Of a stretch of 64,000 nt of DNA, positions 1 through 9,493 are shown one piece after another. The position numbers were made by a program, and so were the translations under genes. The stretch comes from Phycisphaerae bacterium (GTDB taxonomy: Bacteria; Planctomycetota; Phycisphaerae; Sedimentisphaerales; UBA12454), in assembly GCA_041661665.1 (NCBI GenBank), contig JBAZTW010000003.1, positions 7,088 to 71,087 of the forward strand. Reading direction: 5' to 3'. Positions within the stretch are counted from its first letter, which is position 1; each line of letters starts with the position of its first letter. The notes beneath the pieces were generated by a model. It did not search any database. It saw only the letters and a program-made list of their open reading frames with translations, and was not told the origin of the DNA.

Positions 1-255
1 ATTTCCTGTTTGGCTGAGAATTTTTGTTTTATAAAATTATCGAAAATTTTCACGCCCTCGTCCCTGACGACTCTGTCAATATCAACGACATTGACAACAA
101 AACCAGTGTTGGGATTTATTTTGCTTTCGAGTTGCACCCAGAGCGCAAGATATAATCCGAGAACGTTTGTCGTTGGTTTTGCGCAGTATGAATTTTCGCC
201 TATTTCCATAGACTCGGCGAATGGATTAATAGCGAACCTTATTTGTCTTGCAAGT

Positions 256-828
256 TTATACATTGTGTATAAGGCTCATAACTTCAGCTCTGCTGCGAGG
301 GTCTCTTTTGAAGATTCCGCGAATGGCGCTTGTTATCATAACCGAGCCTGGTTTTTTAATTCCGCGAATCGTCATACAACTGTGCGAGGCTTCAAGGACG
401 ACAGCGACACCCTGCGGATTAAGAGTGTCTATGAGAAAATCAGCGATTTGCGAAGTAAGACGTTCCTGTACCTGAAGGCGTTTTGCGAAAGAATCGACGA
501 TTCGAGCCAGTTTGCTGACGCCGATTACAAAATCGCCGGGGAGATACGCGATGTGAGCTTTGCCTATGAAGGGCATAAGGTGATGTTCGCAAATACTGGA
601 GAAGGGAATATCGCGGAGCAGGACGACCTCATCGCATTTTTCCTTGAAAATGCTTTTGACAAATTCCTTTGGATTTTCGCTTGGGCCGGAAAGCAGCTCA
701 GCATACATCTTTGCTACGCGCTTTGGCGTGAGCTTTAAACCTTCCCTGTTCGGGTTTTCGCCGAGCGCAAGGAGGATTTCTTTTACCGCTTTTTCGATTT
801 TCGCCTGATTTATTTTTGTTTTTGCCAT
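256..828 (-). CDS. folE: GTP cyclohydrolase I
   Basis: 190-aa ORF with ...SSICEHHLMPFIGKAHIAYLP..., typical of FolE type 1. Confidence 0.9.
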   Translation of the reverse strand: MAKTKINQAKIEKAVKEILLALGENPNREGLKLTPKRVAKMYAELLSGPSENPKEFVKSIFKEKCDEVVLLRDIPFSSICEHHLMPFIGKAHIAYLPGDFVIGVSKLARIVDSFAKRLQVQERLTSQIADFLIDTLNPQGVAVVLEASHSCMTIRGIKKPGSVMITSAIRGIFKRDPRSRAEVMSLIHNV

Positions 829-840
829 TTAGTCACCTTG

Positions 841-2364
841 TTATTTGATATTTCTCAAAAATTCTGTAAGCAGTCTAACGCCAAAACCGATTGAGCCGGG
901 CTGGGTATATTTTTTCATCGGCTCGGAAGCGTCCATTGTCGGAGCAATGTCGAGATGTGCCCATGCAATATCTTTTGCGAATTCGCCGAGAAAACCGGCG
1001 GCAGTGCAGGAACCGCCCCATCGTGAGGCCGCATTTTTCAAATCTGAGATTGTGCCTTTCATTTCATCGGTGTAAACCTGTTCGTAAGGCAACTGCCAGA
1101 CAGGTTCGCTGGTTTCCTTTGCGGCAGATTTAATTTTTTCGGCGAGTTTTTCATCGTTGCTGAAAAGGCCGGCCTTGTGTTTGCCCAGCGCGACGACGCA
1201 GGCGCCTGTGAGTGTGGCCAAGTCGATAGTTGTTTTGCATTTTAAAACTTTTGCCTGTTCAAGGCCGTCACAAAGCACAAGCCTGCCTTCGGCATCGGTG
1301 TTTAAGACTTCAACAGTTTTGCCGCTGTAAGTGGTTAAAATGTCGCCCGGCAGATAACTGCCGCCATCGGGTTTATTTTCGGCGGCGCAGATTATTCCGA
1401 AAACGGCGACTGGCAGTTTCAATTTCGCGATAATCTGCATTGTCATCAGAACGGCCGCTCCGCCGGTCATATCGTATTTCATTTCGTGCATATCCGAGGC
1501 GGGCTTGAGGCTTATTCCGCCTGTGTCGAAAGTGATGGCTTTGCCGACAAGAGCTATCGACTCTTTATTTTTCGCGCCGCGCGGTGCGTATTTGATGATT
1601 ACCATTCTCGGCTTGTGAACCGAACCCTGACCGACGCCGAGGATTCCGCCCATTTTTTTGGCGGCTAATTGTTTGTCGTCAAAAACTGTGCAGCTAAGGC
1701 CTTTAGTCGCGGCAGAAACTTTTTTCGCAATAGCGGCAAGTTCGGCGGGATATAATACGCTGCCGGGACGATTGCAGAGCGTTCTTGCGAAGTTTTGAGC
1801 CTGACCGATAATTTGTCCGACGGAAACGCCTTTGCTGATTTTGTTTATAACAGGCTGTCTGTCGCTGACTATGGTTGCCGAAAGACTCGTAACAGCTTCA
1901 TCGGGTTTTTGTGAGACAAATTCATTATATCTGTATCCGCCGAAGTGGATGCCTTCTGTAATAGTCTGGCCGAGTTTTTCAAAATCGGCGTCCTTTTCTT
2001 CATAGTGCAGAAGAATGGCAAGTTTTTTGGCTTTCACATTGACAGCCTCAAACGCGGCTTTGGCAGCGGCCTGACGGAAAATATCCATCGAGACCTTTTT
2101 CTGTTCGCCGAAGCCGATAAGCAAAACTCGCTCGGCAGCGATTTTGCCGTTTGCGTAAACAAATGCGCTGCTGCCGATGGCGGCTTTGAAGTCGCCGATT
2201 TTTTTCAGCCTGCTTATCGCGCCATTCAGCTTTTTATCGAGACCGTCGAGTATTGCTGAATTTTTTACATCGCTGAAAACGCCAATAGCCAAAACATCAG
2301 CCTTTATTTTGGCCGCGTCGGCGTTTTGCGCTTTAACATCAATCTTTATTATTTCTTTTGCCAT
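841..2364 (-). CDS. pepA: leucyl aminopeptidase (M17 family)
   Basis: NTDAEGRLVLCD M17 signature. Start moved to the internal MAKEIIK, because the 15 upstream codons of the ORF look like read-through. Confidence 0.88.
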   Translation of the reverse strand: MAKEIIKIDVKAQNADAAKIKADVLAIGVFSDVKNSAILDGLDKKLNGAISRLKKIGDFKAAIGSSAFVYANGKIAAERVLLIGFGEQKKVSMDIFRQAAAKAAFEAVNVKAKKLAILLHYEEKDADFEKLGQTITEGIHFGGYRYNEFVSQKPDEAVTSLSATIVSDRQPVINKISKGVSVGQIIGQAQNFARTLCNRPGSVLYPAELAAIAKKVSAATKGLSCTVFDDKQLAAKKMGGILGVGQGSVHKPRMVIIKYAPRGAKNKESIALVGKAITFDTGGISLKPASDMHEMKYDMTGGAAVLMTMQIIAKLKLPVAVFGIICAAENKPDGGSYLPGDILTTYSGKTVEVLNTDAEGRLVLCDGLEQAKVLKCKTTIDLATLTGACVVALGKHKAGLFSNDEKLAEKIKSAAKETSEPVWQLPYEQVYTDEMKGTISDLKNAASRWGGSCTAAGFLGEFAKDIAWAHLDIAPTMDASEPMKKYTQPGSIGFGVRLLTEFLRNIK

Positions 2365-2428
2365 AATAACTCCTAAATTAATAGCCAGTAGCAAATAGTC
2401 AATAGCCATTTTTACGAACTATTGACCG

Positions 2429-3551
2429 TCAGCTTTTTTTATGTTTTTTTTCTGCTCTGTAATGCAGATAGCTTTCGATAAAATCTTCTATATCTCCATC
2501 GAGGACGGCGTTTACGTTGCCGGTCTGAAAATCCGTGCGATGGTCTTTAACTAACTGATAAGGCTGAAGAACGTAGCTGCGAATTTGGTTGCCCCAGGCG
2601 ATTTCGCCTTTGCTGCCGTAAAGTTTGGCAACTTCGCTGTCGCGTTTCTGCTGCTCAATCATATACAATTTACCTTTGAGCATTTTCATTGCTTCAGCCT
2701 TGTTGCGGTGCTGGCTGCGGTCGTTCTGGCACTGGGTAACTATGCCGGTCGGAAAATGCGTAATGCGGACAGCGGAGCTTGTTTTATTGACGTGCTGGCC
2801 GCCTGCGCCGCCTGCGCGGTAAAAATCAATTCGCAAATCTTTTTCGTCGATTTCAATATCAACGTCTATATCATCATATTCCGGCATTACATCGACGGCG
2901 GCAAAAGTTGTATGCCTGCGTTTGTTCGCGTCGAAAGGACTGATTCGCACAAGTCTGTGAACGCCTGTTTCGCAGGAAATTTTGCCGAATGCAAACGGCC
3001 CGCTGACTTTTAAGGTGATGGAACGCAGTCCCGCTTCTTCGCCGGGCGTTAAGTCCATTTCCTCATAACTGAAATTATTCTGCTGAAAATATCGAGTGTA
3101 CATTCTCAGGAGCATACTTACCCAGTCGCAGCTTTCAGTTCCGCCTGCGCCGGCGTGAATGCTCATAAAGCAGTTTCTTGTGTCGTCTGGGCCGCTGAGT
3201 GTGCCGGAGAGTTCAACCCGTGTGCATTGCTTTTGAACAGCGGGGAGTTCTTTTTCTATGTCGGCGAGAATCTGCTCATCGTTTTCCGAAACGGCCATTG
3301 CGAAAAGTTCGTGGATGTCGGCGGCTTTTTTGTCAATCTCAAGCACCGGCTCAATTAACATTTTTAATGCGCTCATCTTTGAAACAACGGATTTAGCAGT
3401 CTCCTGATTGTCCCAGAAACCTGGTTTGGCGAGCTGGTCTTCGAGGCTCTTTCGTTCCTGCTGTTTTGCGGGAACGTCAAAGCCAGTCCCGGATTTTTGC
3501 TATCCGGGCCCGCAGGTCTTCAATACTCGCCTTAATCTCCGATATTTCCAT
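2429..3551 (-). CDS. prfB: peptide chain release factor 2, two frames joined by a programmed +1 frameshift
   Basis: The 315-aa ORF has SPF and GGQ motifs (RISPFDANKRRHTTFA, GAGGQHVNKT). Upstream, a 24-codon leader MEISEIKASIEDLRARIAKIRDWL ends at in-frame TGA in the context CTT TGA C. The +1 frame continues DVPAKQQERKSLEDQLAKPGFWDN... into the main ORF. Confidence 0.9.
3476..3482 (-). promoter_or_regulatory. RF2 autoregulatory +1 frameshift site (CTT TGA C)
   Basis: The minus strand reads TGG CTT TGA CGT. This is the same slippery heptamer as in E. coli prfB. Confidence 0.8.
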
Positions 3552-3580
3552 TATTTGTCCCTAATAAACCTGAAAAATAG

Positions 3581-3608
3581 CCACAGAGGACACAGAGTTC
3601 ACAGAGGA
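3581..3608 (+). repeat. repeat family R6 (CCACAGAGRACACAGAGTTCACAGAGGA)
   Basis: Near-identical to the 8069-8096 copy. A variant lies at 62241-62267 and a partial copy at 33595-33612. Confidence 0.75.
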
Positions 3609-3623
3609 ACTATTTTTTGGTAA

Positions 3624-3649
3624 CCGCGTGGGCTAAGAGCCCACCCTAC
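3624..3649 (-). repeat. repeat family R1 (GTAGGGTGGGCTCTTAGCCCACGCGG), reverse orientation
   Basis: Exact reverse complement of the 26-mer found at 16128, 54612, 56736 and 62003. Palindromic core is GTGGGCT/AGCCCAC. Confidence 0.85.
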
Positions 3650-3666
3650 GAAATCGTTATAACAGA

Positions 3667-4398
3667 TTATATGGTTATTGGCAAGGCTTCAAGTTTGCCG
3701 CTTACAGCGTTGAAAATAATTTTGAAGCCTGACGGTACTATGAGAATTTCATCGTCGGTTTTTTCAGCGAGGAGCAGTTTTTCGAAAAATTTTGTGCTGC
3801 CGGCCATTTCTTCGTATTTCCAGCCGTATTTTTCCGCGGTTGCCTGGGCAAGCTTTCGACATTCATCGGCTCTTTCGGAACCGGTATTGACAAAAACCGC
3901 TCTTGTATAATTTTTTTGCCAGCCGGAGAAGAATTCTTCTATAAGCGTGGTAATTTCCTGTTCACTGTGTCCCGGAGAGGATTGCATAAGCCACCTTCGC
4001 AAGTCGTCGGGGCCGGAACCTTTGTCGAGCCAGCCCGTGGTGAAGTAATATGTGCCGGGACATTTTTCAAACTGTTCCTTATATATAGCAGCCGAACCGA
4101 GAAACAGCGATATGCAGTCGTGCATTTGCGGAATAATCAGCGGCAATTTGCCGGCGGTTATGCCGTCTGTGCCCTGGCCGCAGATACCGTAGCCGAGTAT
4201 GATTCTGTCGTATTGTTCGGGCGAGACGGCATCTATCGCCTGCTGAAGCTCGATTTTGAGCTTTTCCGGTGTGTCGTGCAGAGTAGATTCGAGAAATTTG
4301 AAATCGGCCTCTATGCCTAATTTTTGTGCGGTCTTTTGCATTTCCGGCTTGAGAACGCCACAGGCGATTATATATGATTTTTCGCGGTTTTGTGCCAA
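3667..4398 (-). CDS. DUF1638 domain protein
   Basis: The pattern IIACGVL...LHDTPEKL...ILGYGICGQG...PLIIPQMHDCISLFLGS matches my memory of the DUF1638 consensus. Confidence 0.6.
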   Translation of the reverse strand: MAQNREKSYIIACGVLKPEMQKTAQKLGIEADFKFLESTLHDTPEKLKIELQQAIDAVSPEQYDRIILGYGICGQGTDGITAGKLPLIIPQMHDCISLFLGSAAIYKEQFEKCPGTYYFTTGWLDKGSGPDDLRRWLMQSSPGHSEQEITTLIEEFFSGWQKNYTRAVFVNTGSERADECRKLAQATAEKYGWKYEEMAGSTKFFEKLLLAEKTDDEILIVPSGFKIIFNAVSGKLEALPITI

Positions 4399-4473
4399 AT
4401 CTTTGTCCTAAAAAACGCTTTTCTAAACCTTGCCGCTATGATAAACTAAATCGTCCAAATTGAGGCATAAAAA

Positions 4474-5448
4474 ATGAAAAAATCAAAACTTGGCAATTCG
4501 CGGCTCGAAATTACAAGAGTCGGGCTGGGTACCTGGGCTATCGGTGGGCCGTGGCAGTTCGGCTGGGGTCGGCAGGATGATAACGATTCTATGAAAGCTA
4601 TTGTCGAATCGCTCGATGCGGGCGTGAATTGGCTCGATACCGCTCCGATTTACGGTTGCGGACATAGTGAAGATATTATCGGAAAGGTTTTAAAACGAAC
4701 CGGCCAAAAGCCGATTATCGCCACAAAATGCGGGCTTGTGTGGAACGACAAGAGAGAGAAGATAAGCTGCCTGAAGGCAAAAAGCATTTTGGCTGAATGT
4801 GATGCATCGCTAAAAAGGCTCGGCGTTGAGATAATCGACCTTTATCAGATGCACTGGAACCAGCCGGATGAAGATATTGAAGAAGGTTTCGAGGCGATGG
4901 CCAGATGCGTAAAGGCGGGCAAGGTTCGCTATCTTGGCGTGTCTAATTTTACGGTTGAACAGATGGAGCGCGTTATGAAGATTCATCCGCTTACTTCGCT
5001 TCAGCCGCCTTACAGTATGTTTCGGCGCGATATTGAAAATGAGATTCTGCCGTTTTGCGGCAAAAATAATATCGGCGTGATTGTTTATAGTCCGCTGCAA
5101 AAGGGACTGCTGAGCGGAAAATTTACGCCTGAGAAAATCGCGGCACTGCCTGCTGATGATGTAAGGCATATTGACTCGAATTTTAAACCGCCCCTGCTTG
5201 ATGCCAATATTAAGGTTATCAACAGATTGACGGATATCGCAAAACGCAATCATATAACGGTCGCTCAATTGGCAATCGGCTGGACGCTGCGAAATAAAGA
5301 GGTAACGGCGGCAATAGTCGGTGCTCGCAGAGCAGGACAAATCGGCGAAACCGCACCGGCAGCGGATGTGGAATTATCAGGTGATGATATAAATGAAATC
5401 GAGGAACTCCTGAAAGAAAGAGACAGGAAAATCAAAAATGAAAAATAA
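4474..5448 (+). CDS. aldo/keto reductase
   Basis: 324 aa; GLGTWAIGG..., [17 protein letters not shown] motifs. Confidence 0.85.
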   Translation: MKKSKLGNSRLEITRVGLGTWAIGGPWQFGWGRQDDNDSMKAIVESLDAGVNWLDTAPIYGCGHSEDIIGKVLKRTGQKPIIATKCGLVWNDKREKISCLKAKSILAECDASLKRLGVEIIDLYQMHWNQPDEDIEEGFEAMARCVKAGKVRYLGVSNFTVEQMERVMKIHPLTSLQPPYSMFRRDIENEILPFCGKNNIGVIVYSPLQKGLLSGKFTPEKIAALPADDVRHIDSNFKPPLLDANIKVINRLTDIAKRNHITVAQLAIGWTLRNKEVTAAIVGARRAGQIGETAPAADVELSGDDINEIEELLKERDRKIKNEK

Positions 5449-6868
5449 TAATATTTACAATTCTCCTTTAGTACAAAGGAATGCGTCAAAGGAAATGTCT
5501 GAATTGTTCGGCAATCAGACGAAATTTTCGCTGTGGCGGAGACTTTGGCTGGAGCTTGCCAAGGCGGAAAAAAAACTCGGGCTGGATATTAAGCAAACTC
5601 AAATTGCGCAGATGGCACAGCATTTGGATGATATCAATTTTGATAAGGCCGCCGAGTACGAGAAAAAATTTCGGCACGATGTGATGGCGCATATTCATAC
5701 ATTCGGCGACGTTGCACCGAAGGCGGCGCCGATAATTCATCTCGGCGCGACGAGCTGCTATGTCGGCGATAACGCGGATTTGATAATTATGCGGCAGGCG
5801 ATGGGGATTATCGCGGGCAAGCTGGCGAGTCTGATTGATTTGCTGAGCGGGTTTGCAAAAACGTATCGCAAACTGCCGGCGCTGGGCTTTACGCATTTTC
5901 AGCCTGCACAGTTGACGACTGTCGGCAAACGCGCGACGCTGTGGTGTAATGATTTTCTGACTGACCTGGCGGATATCGAATACAGAATCGAGACGATGCC
6001 TTTCAGAGGCGTTAAAGGCACGACAGGAACGCAGGCATCATTTTTGGAGTTGTTCGGCGGGAATCATAAAAAAGTCAAGCAGCTTGATAAAATGGTTTCA
6101 AAGGCGTTTGAGTTTGATAAAATTTGTCCTGTTACCGGCCAGACATATTCGCGAAAAATTGATTCGATGGTAATTAATACGCTGGCGGGAATTGCACAAT
6201 CGGCACATAAGCTTTGCAATGATGTGCGACTGCTGGCGAATCTGAAGGAAATTGAAGAGCCTTTTGAGAAGTCGCAAATCGGCTCAAGCGCGATGGCGTA
6301 TAAACGCAATCCGATGAGATGCGAACGAGCGACGGCGCTTTCAAGATTTTTGATTAGCATATCGAGCAGTCCTCAAATGACAGCGGCGGAACAGTGGCTT
6401 GAAAGAACTTTAGACGACTCTGCAAATCGCAGGCTTGTGATACCGGAAGCGTTTTTGGCGGCAGATGGCATTCTTGAGATTTTGATAAATGTCGCCGGCG
6501 GACTGGTGGTTTATCCTAAAGTTATAGAGGCGAGAATAAAATCCGAGCTGCCTTTTATGGCGACGGAAAATATTCTTATGGCAGCGGTAAAAGCAGGTGG
6601 AAATCGTCAGCAGCTTCACGAAAAAATTCGGGTGCATTCGCACGCTGCCGCTGAACAGGTTAAAAAATTCGGCAAATCGAACGATTTAATAGAGAGGCTA
6701 AAAAACGATGCGGCATTTGCAAAGGTTGATTTTAAAAAGGTTTTGAATCCTGCGGATTATGTAGGCAGGTCGCCGGAGCAGGTTAATGATTTTATCGCAG
6801 AAGTTGTAAAACCCGCGATTAGAAAATATCGCGGACAAATAAATAAGAAAACGGAACTTAAAGTCTAA
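5438..6868 (+). CDS. purB: adenylosuccinate lyase
   Basis: 476 aa; fumarate-lyase signature [14 protein letters not shown]. Confidence 0.9.
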   Translation: MKNNNIYNSPLVQRNASKEMSELFGNQTKFSLWRRLWLELAKAEKKLGLDIKQTQIAQMAQHLDDINFDKAAEYEKKFRHDVMAHIHTFGDVAPKAAPIIHLGATSCYVGDNADLIIMRQAMGIIAGKLASLIDLLSGFAKTYRKLPALGFTHFQPAQLTTVGKRATLWCNDFLTDLADIEYRIETMPFRGVKGTTGTQASFLELFGGNHKKVKQLDKMVSKAFEFDKICPVTGQTYSRKIDSMVINTLAGIAQSAHKLCNDVRLLANLKEIEEPFEKSQIGSSAMAYKRNPMRCERATALSRFLISISSSPQMTAAEQWLERTLDDSANRRLVIPEAFLAADGILEILINVAGGLVVYPKVIEARIKSELPFMATENILMAAVKAGGNRQQLHEKIRVHSHAAAEQVKKFGKSNDLIERLKNDAAFAKVDFKKVLNPADYVGRSPEQVNDFIAEVVKPAIRKYRGQINKKTELKV

Positions 6869-6881
6869 TAGGAAATTTTAG

Positions 6882-7406
6882 ATGACAAAACAGGAACTTA
6901 TAAAAAGAGTTAAGGAAACATCATATTTGGAAGGTGACTTCACTCTTAGAAGCGGTAAAAAAAGTAAGTATTATATGGACAAGTATTTATTTGAGACTCA
7001 GCCTGACATTTTGAAGGCTCTCGGCGAGGAATTCGCAAAGCACGTCGGCAATGATGTAACTTTGATTGCAGGCGCCGAGCTGGGCGGAGTGGCTCTTGCG
7101 GCGGTGACAGCGATGGCCGCAAATAAAAAATGGATTATCGTTCGCAACAGCAAAAAAGATTACGGCACGAGCAAGATGGTTGAAGGTATTTTGCAAAAAG
7201 ACGATGTTGTTCTGCTTGTCGAAGATATTGCCACCACCGGCGGTCAGGTTCTCGAAGCGGCAAAGATTGTTACCGAAGCAGGTGCAAAAGTGAAAAAGAT
7301 TGTCGCCGTGATTGACAGAAAACAAGGTGCAGCGGAAAACATTACAACTGCTGGCTATAAATTTGAAAGCATTATGACCAAAGAAGATTTGGGAATAAAA
7401 GATTAA
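6882..7406 (+). CDS. pyrE: orotate phosphoribosyltransferase
   Basis: 174 aa; PRPP-binding motif VVLLVEDIATTGGQ. Confidence 0.85.
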   Translation: MTKQELIKRVKETSYLEGDFTLRSGKKSKYYMDKYLFETQPDILKALGEEFAKHVGNDVTLIAGAELGGVALAAVTAMAANKKWIIVRNSKKDYGTSKMVEGILQKDDVVLLVEDIATTGGQVLEAAKIVTEAGAKVKKIVAVIDRKQGAAENITTAGYKFESIMTKEDLGIKD

Positions 7407-8056
7407 ACAGACGCGGATTTTTCAATCAATTTGATGATTTTAGCCGCATTGGCGGATTTGCTGTCTAAAGGCAGTTTGAGCCAGTTTTGGGCGGCTTGTT
7501 TGATTTCTATTTTCGATTTTTCTGTCCCGATTGCAGCAGGCGAATTTGCGATTATGATGTCAAGGTTTTTATCCTTGAGTTTTTTCTCGGCATTTTTACG
7601 CAAATTTTGAGCTTCCAGCGCAAAGCCGACAACTATTTGGCCAAGCTTTTTGTTTTTACCTGCCCATTTTAAAATATCAGTTGTCGGTTTTAATTTGATT
7701 GTCAGGTTTTTATTTTCTTTTTTTATTTTTCTTTTTGAAATTTTTATCGGCGTGTAATCAGAAACAGCCGCGGCCATAATTAAACAATCACACTTTTTGA
7801 AATGCTTTTTTACCGCCTTGAACATTTGTTCGGCAGTTTCAACTTCCACAATTTTGACTTCTGACTTCTGACTTCTGACCTCTGGCTTCTTAACCGTTGT
7901 TATCAGTGTTGCCCTGTGGCCTGATTTGAGGGCGGCACGGGCAAGTTCAAAGCCCATCTTTCCGCTGCTTGCGTTTGAAATGAATCGGACAGGGTCGATG
8001 TATTCCCTTGTCCCGCCTGCTGTAATTAAGAAATGTTTTTTGGATACGGATTTCAC
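7403..8056 (-). CDS. coaB: phosphopantothenate--cysteine ligase (stand-alone CoaB half of CoaBC)
   Basis: GTG start; FLITAGGTREYIDPVRFISNASSGKMG motif. Confidence 0.85.
   Translation of the reverse strand: MKSVSKKHFLITAGGTREYIDPVRFISNASSGKMGFELARAALKSGHRATLITTVKKPEVRSQKSEVKIVEVETAEQMFKAVKKHFKKCDCLIMAAAVSDYTPIKISKRKIKKENKNLTIKLKPTTDILKWAGKNKKLGQIVVGFALEAQNLRKNAEKKLKDKNLDIIIANSPAAIGTEKSKIEIKQAAQNWLKLPLDSKSANAAKIIKLIEKSASV
7856..7890. repeat. tandem heptamer (GACTTCT)x3 + GACCTCT + GGCTTCT inside coaB
   Basis: Read directly. Encodes KKPEVRSQKSEVK on the minus strand. Confidence 0.8.
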
Positions 8057-8068
8057 GATTTTTTTGAG

Positions 8069-8096
8069 CCACAGAGAACACAGAGTTCACAGAGGA
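8069..8096 (+). repeat. repeat family R6, in the coaC-coaB gap
   Basis: CCACAGAGAACACAGAGTTCACAGAGGA, which fills most of the 49-nt gap. Confidence 0.8.
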
Positions 8097-8105
8097 AAAA
8101 TCAAA

Positions 8106-8672
8106 TTATTTTTTTGCCATTTTTTCGATTCTTGTGATGATGTCCGGCGTTTCCGACATTCTGCCTATCCCATCTGTTCCGCAGGCGAGTCGGCCTTTTT
8201 CGGGGCCGATTAGCTCGAAGCCCATTTCACCGAGAGTTTTGACATTCCACTGCACGGCAGGATTGAGCCACATTTTTTCATTCATAGCAGGAGCGAATAA
8301 AACCTTTTTTTGCCAGCAGGCACAAAGCGTCGTGCTGAGCAGGTCATCGCAGATGCCGTTTGCTATTTTGCCGATAATGTTCGCCGTGGCAGGAGCGACA
8401 ACGACAACATCACAGGTCTCGGCAAGACTTATGTGGCCGATTTCAAAACCAGCCGGGCTTTCCCACATACTTGTAAAAACAGGCCTGCCTGTTACCGCTT
8501 CAAAACTTTTCGGCAGAACAAATTTACAGGCAGCCTCGGTCATAACAACATCAATAATCGCTCCTGCGCCGGTCAGTTTGCTTGCCAGGTCAACCGCCTT
8601 ATAGACAGCCACTCCGCCGCTTACGCCGAGCAGGATTTTTAAACCGCTGATTGCTGATGCGTTTTTAGCCAT
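8106..8672 (-). CDS. coaC: phosphopantothenoylcysteine decarboxylase (stand-alone CoaC half)
   Basis: 188 aa flavoprotein; LLGVSGGVAVYKAVDL, PAMNEKMW. Confidence 0.85.
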   Translation of the reverse strand: MAKNASAISGLKILLGVSGGVAVYKAVDLASKLTGAGAIIDVVMTEAACKFVLPKSFEAVTGRPVFTSMWESPAGFEIGHISLAETCDVVVVAPATANIIGKIANGICDDLLSTTLCACWQKKVLFAPAMNEKMWLNPAVQWNVKTLGEMGFELIGPEKGRLACGTDGIGRMSETPDIITRIEKMAKK

Positions 8673-8683
8673 TGTGTTATCGC

Positions 8684-8914
8684 CTATAATTTCGGTATCT
8701 CTATTTTATCGGGCTGGGCAGTGTAATCGGGAGCGATTTTGTCCTGCATAATTTCTTCGACTACAATTTCCATCATCGTTTTGCCTTCGGTGTTTTCTAT
8801 CAGGGGTCTTGACCCATCCAAAAGCTCGACCATTCTTTTTTGAATAAGAGCGGAAAGCTTGAAAGCGCCGCCGACTTTCTCAACAATTTTTTTGTTCTTT
8901 AATTCATTAATCAT
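8684..8914 (-). CDS. rpoZ: DNA-directed RNA polymerase subunit omega (planctomycete-type)
   Basis: 76 aa. [22 protein letters not shown] resembles omega subunits as I recall them from Planctomycetota. Sits in the classic position downstream of gmk. Confidence 0.65.
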   Translation of the reverse strand: MINELKNKKIVEKVGGAFKLSALIQKRMVELLDGSRPLIENTEGKTMMEIVVEEIMQDKIAPDYTAQPDKIEIPKL

Positions 8915-8929
8915 CTTTTTAATCTCCGA

Positions 8930-9481
8930 CTATCTTTTAATTATGTCTATTATTTCATTAACCGCCTGTTCAAGGTCGTCGTTAATCACCATATACTTAT
9001 AATGCTGCCAGGCGGCGGCAATTTCAATGCCCGCCCCGGCAAGCCTTTTTTCAATTTCTTTTTCCTCATCTCTGCCGCGGCCGTTTATTCTTCTTTGCAG
9101 TTCGGTATGTCTCGGCGGCAAAATAAAAATCAGCTTCACATCTGGATAGTGTTCCTTAATCTGTTTTGCGCCCTGCACATCAATTTCAAGAATAACAATT
9201 TTGCCCTGTTCAAGGGCAGATAGCGTTTTATCTTTCGGCGTGCCGTAAAAATTGCCGAATACCTCGGCATATTCGATAAAATTGCCCGCGGTAATTTGTC
9301 TTTTAAATTCATCCCTGGAGACGAAGTTATATTCTTTGGCTTCCTGTTCGTCGACTCTTTTTTCTCTGCTTGTGGTCGAAATGCTTAGATAGGCATCGTC
9401 GAGCCGCTTAAGAATCTCGCCGCAAATAGTGCTTTTGCCCACTCCGCTTGGGCCGCTTATAACAACCAGTTGGCCTGTCAA
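8930..9481 (-). CDS. gmk: guanylate kinase
   Basis: P-loop GPSGVGKST; 183 aa. Confidence 0.9.
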   Translation of the reverse strand: MTGQLVVISGPSGVGKSTICGEILKRLDDAYLSISTTSREKRVDEQEAKEYNFVSRDEFKRQITAGNFIEYAEVFGNFYGTPKDKTLSALEQGKIVILEIDVQGAKQIKEHYPDVKLIFILPPRHTELQRRINGRGRDEEKEIEKRLAGAGIEIAAAWQHYKYMVINDDLEQAVNEIIDIIKR

Positions 9482-9493
9482 TTTCCGCTCCGA

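Noticed and set aside
10-738. 242-aa plus-strand ORF at the left edge
   Set aside because: It is antisense to a well-supported folE and has a low-complexity, unrecognisable sequence, so it is a shadow ORF.
3360-3541. On a first manual read of the printed lines I got a 1-nt discrepancy at two line boundaries (3360/3361 and 3540/3541). That would put the prfB ATG out of frame with its leader and break MSALKM.
   Set aside because: The ORF-track translations on both strands (MSALKMLIEP... on minus, ...NLRYFHYLS... on plus) fix the register and are mutually compensating. I treat this as my reading error, not a real indel. The prfB coordinates follow the ORF track.
3408-3623. Small ORFs translating repeat words (e.g. 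...SHRGHRVHRG..., ...VTAWAKSPPYE..., 7926-8213, 54558-54821)
   Set aside because: These peptides are created by families R1 and R6 in intergenic DNA and recur wherever the repeat does. They are not genes.
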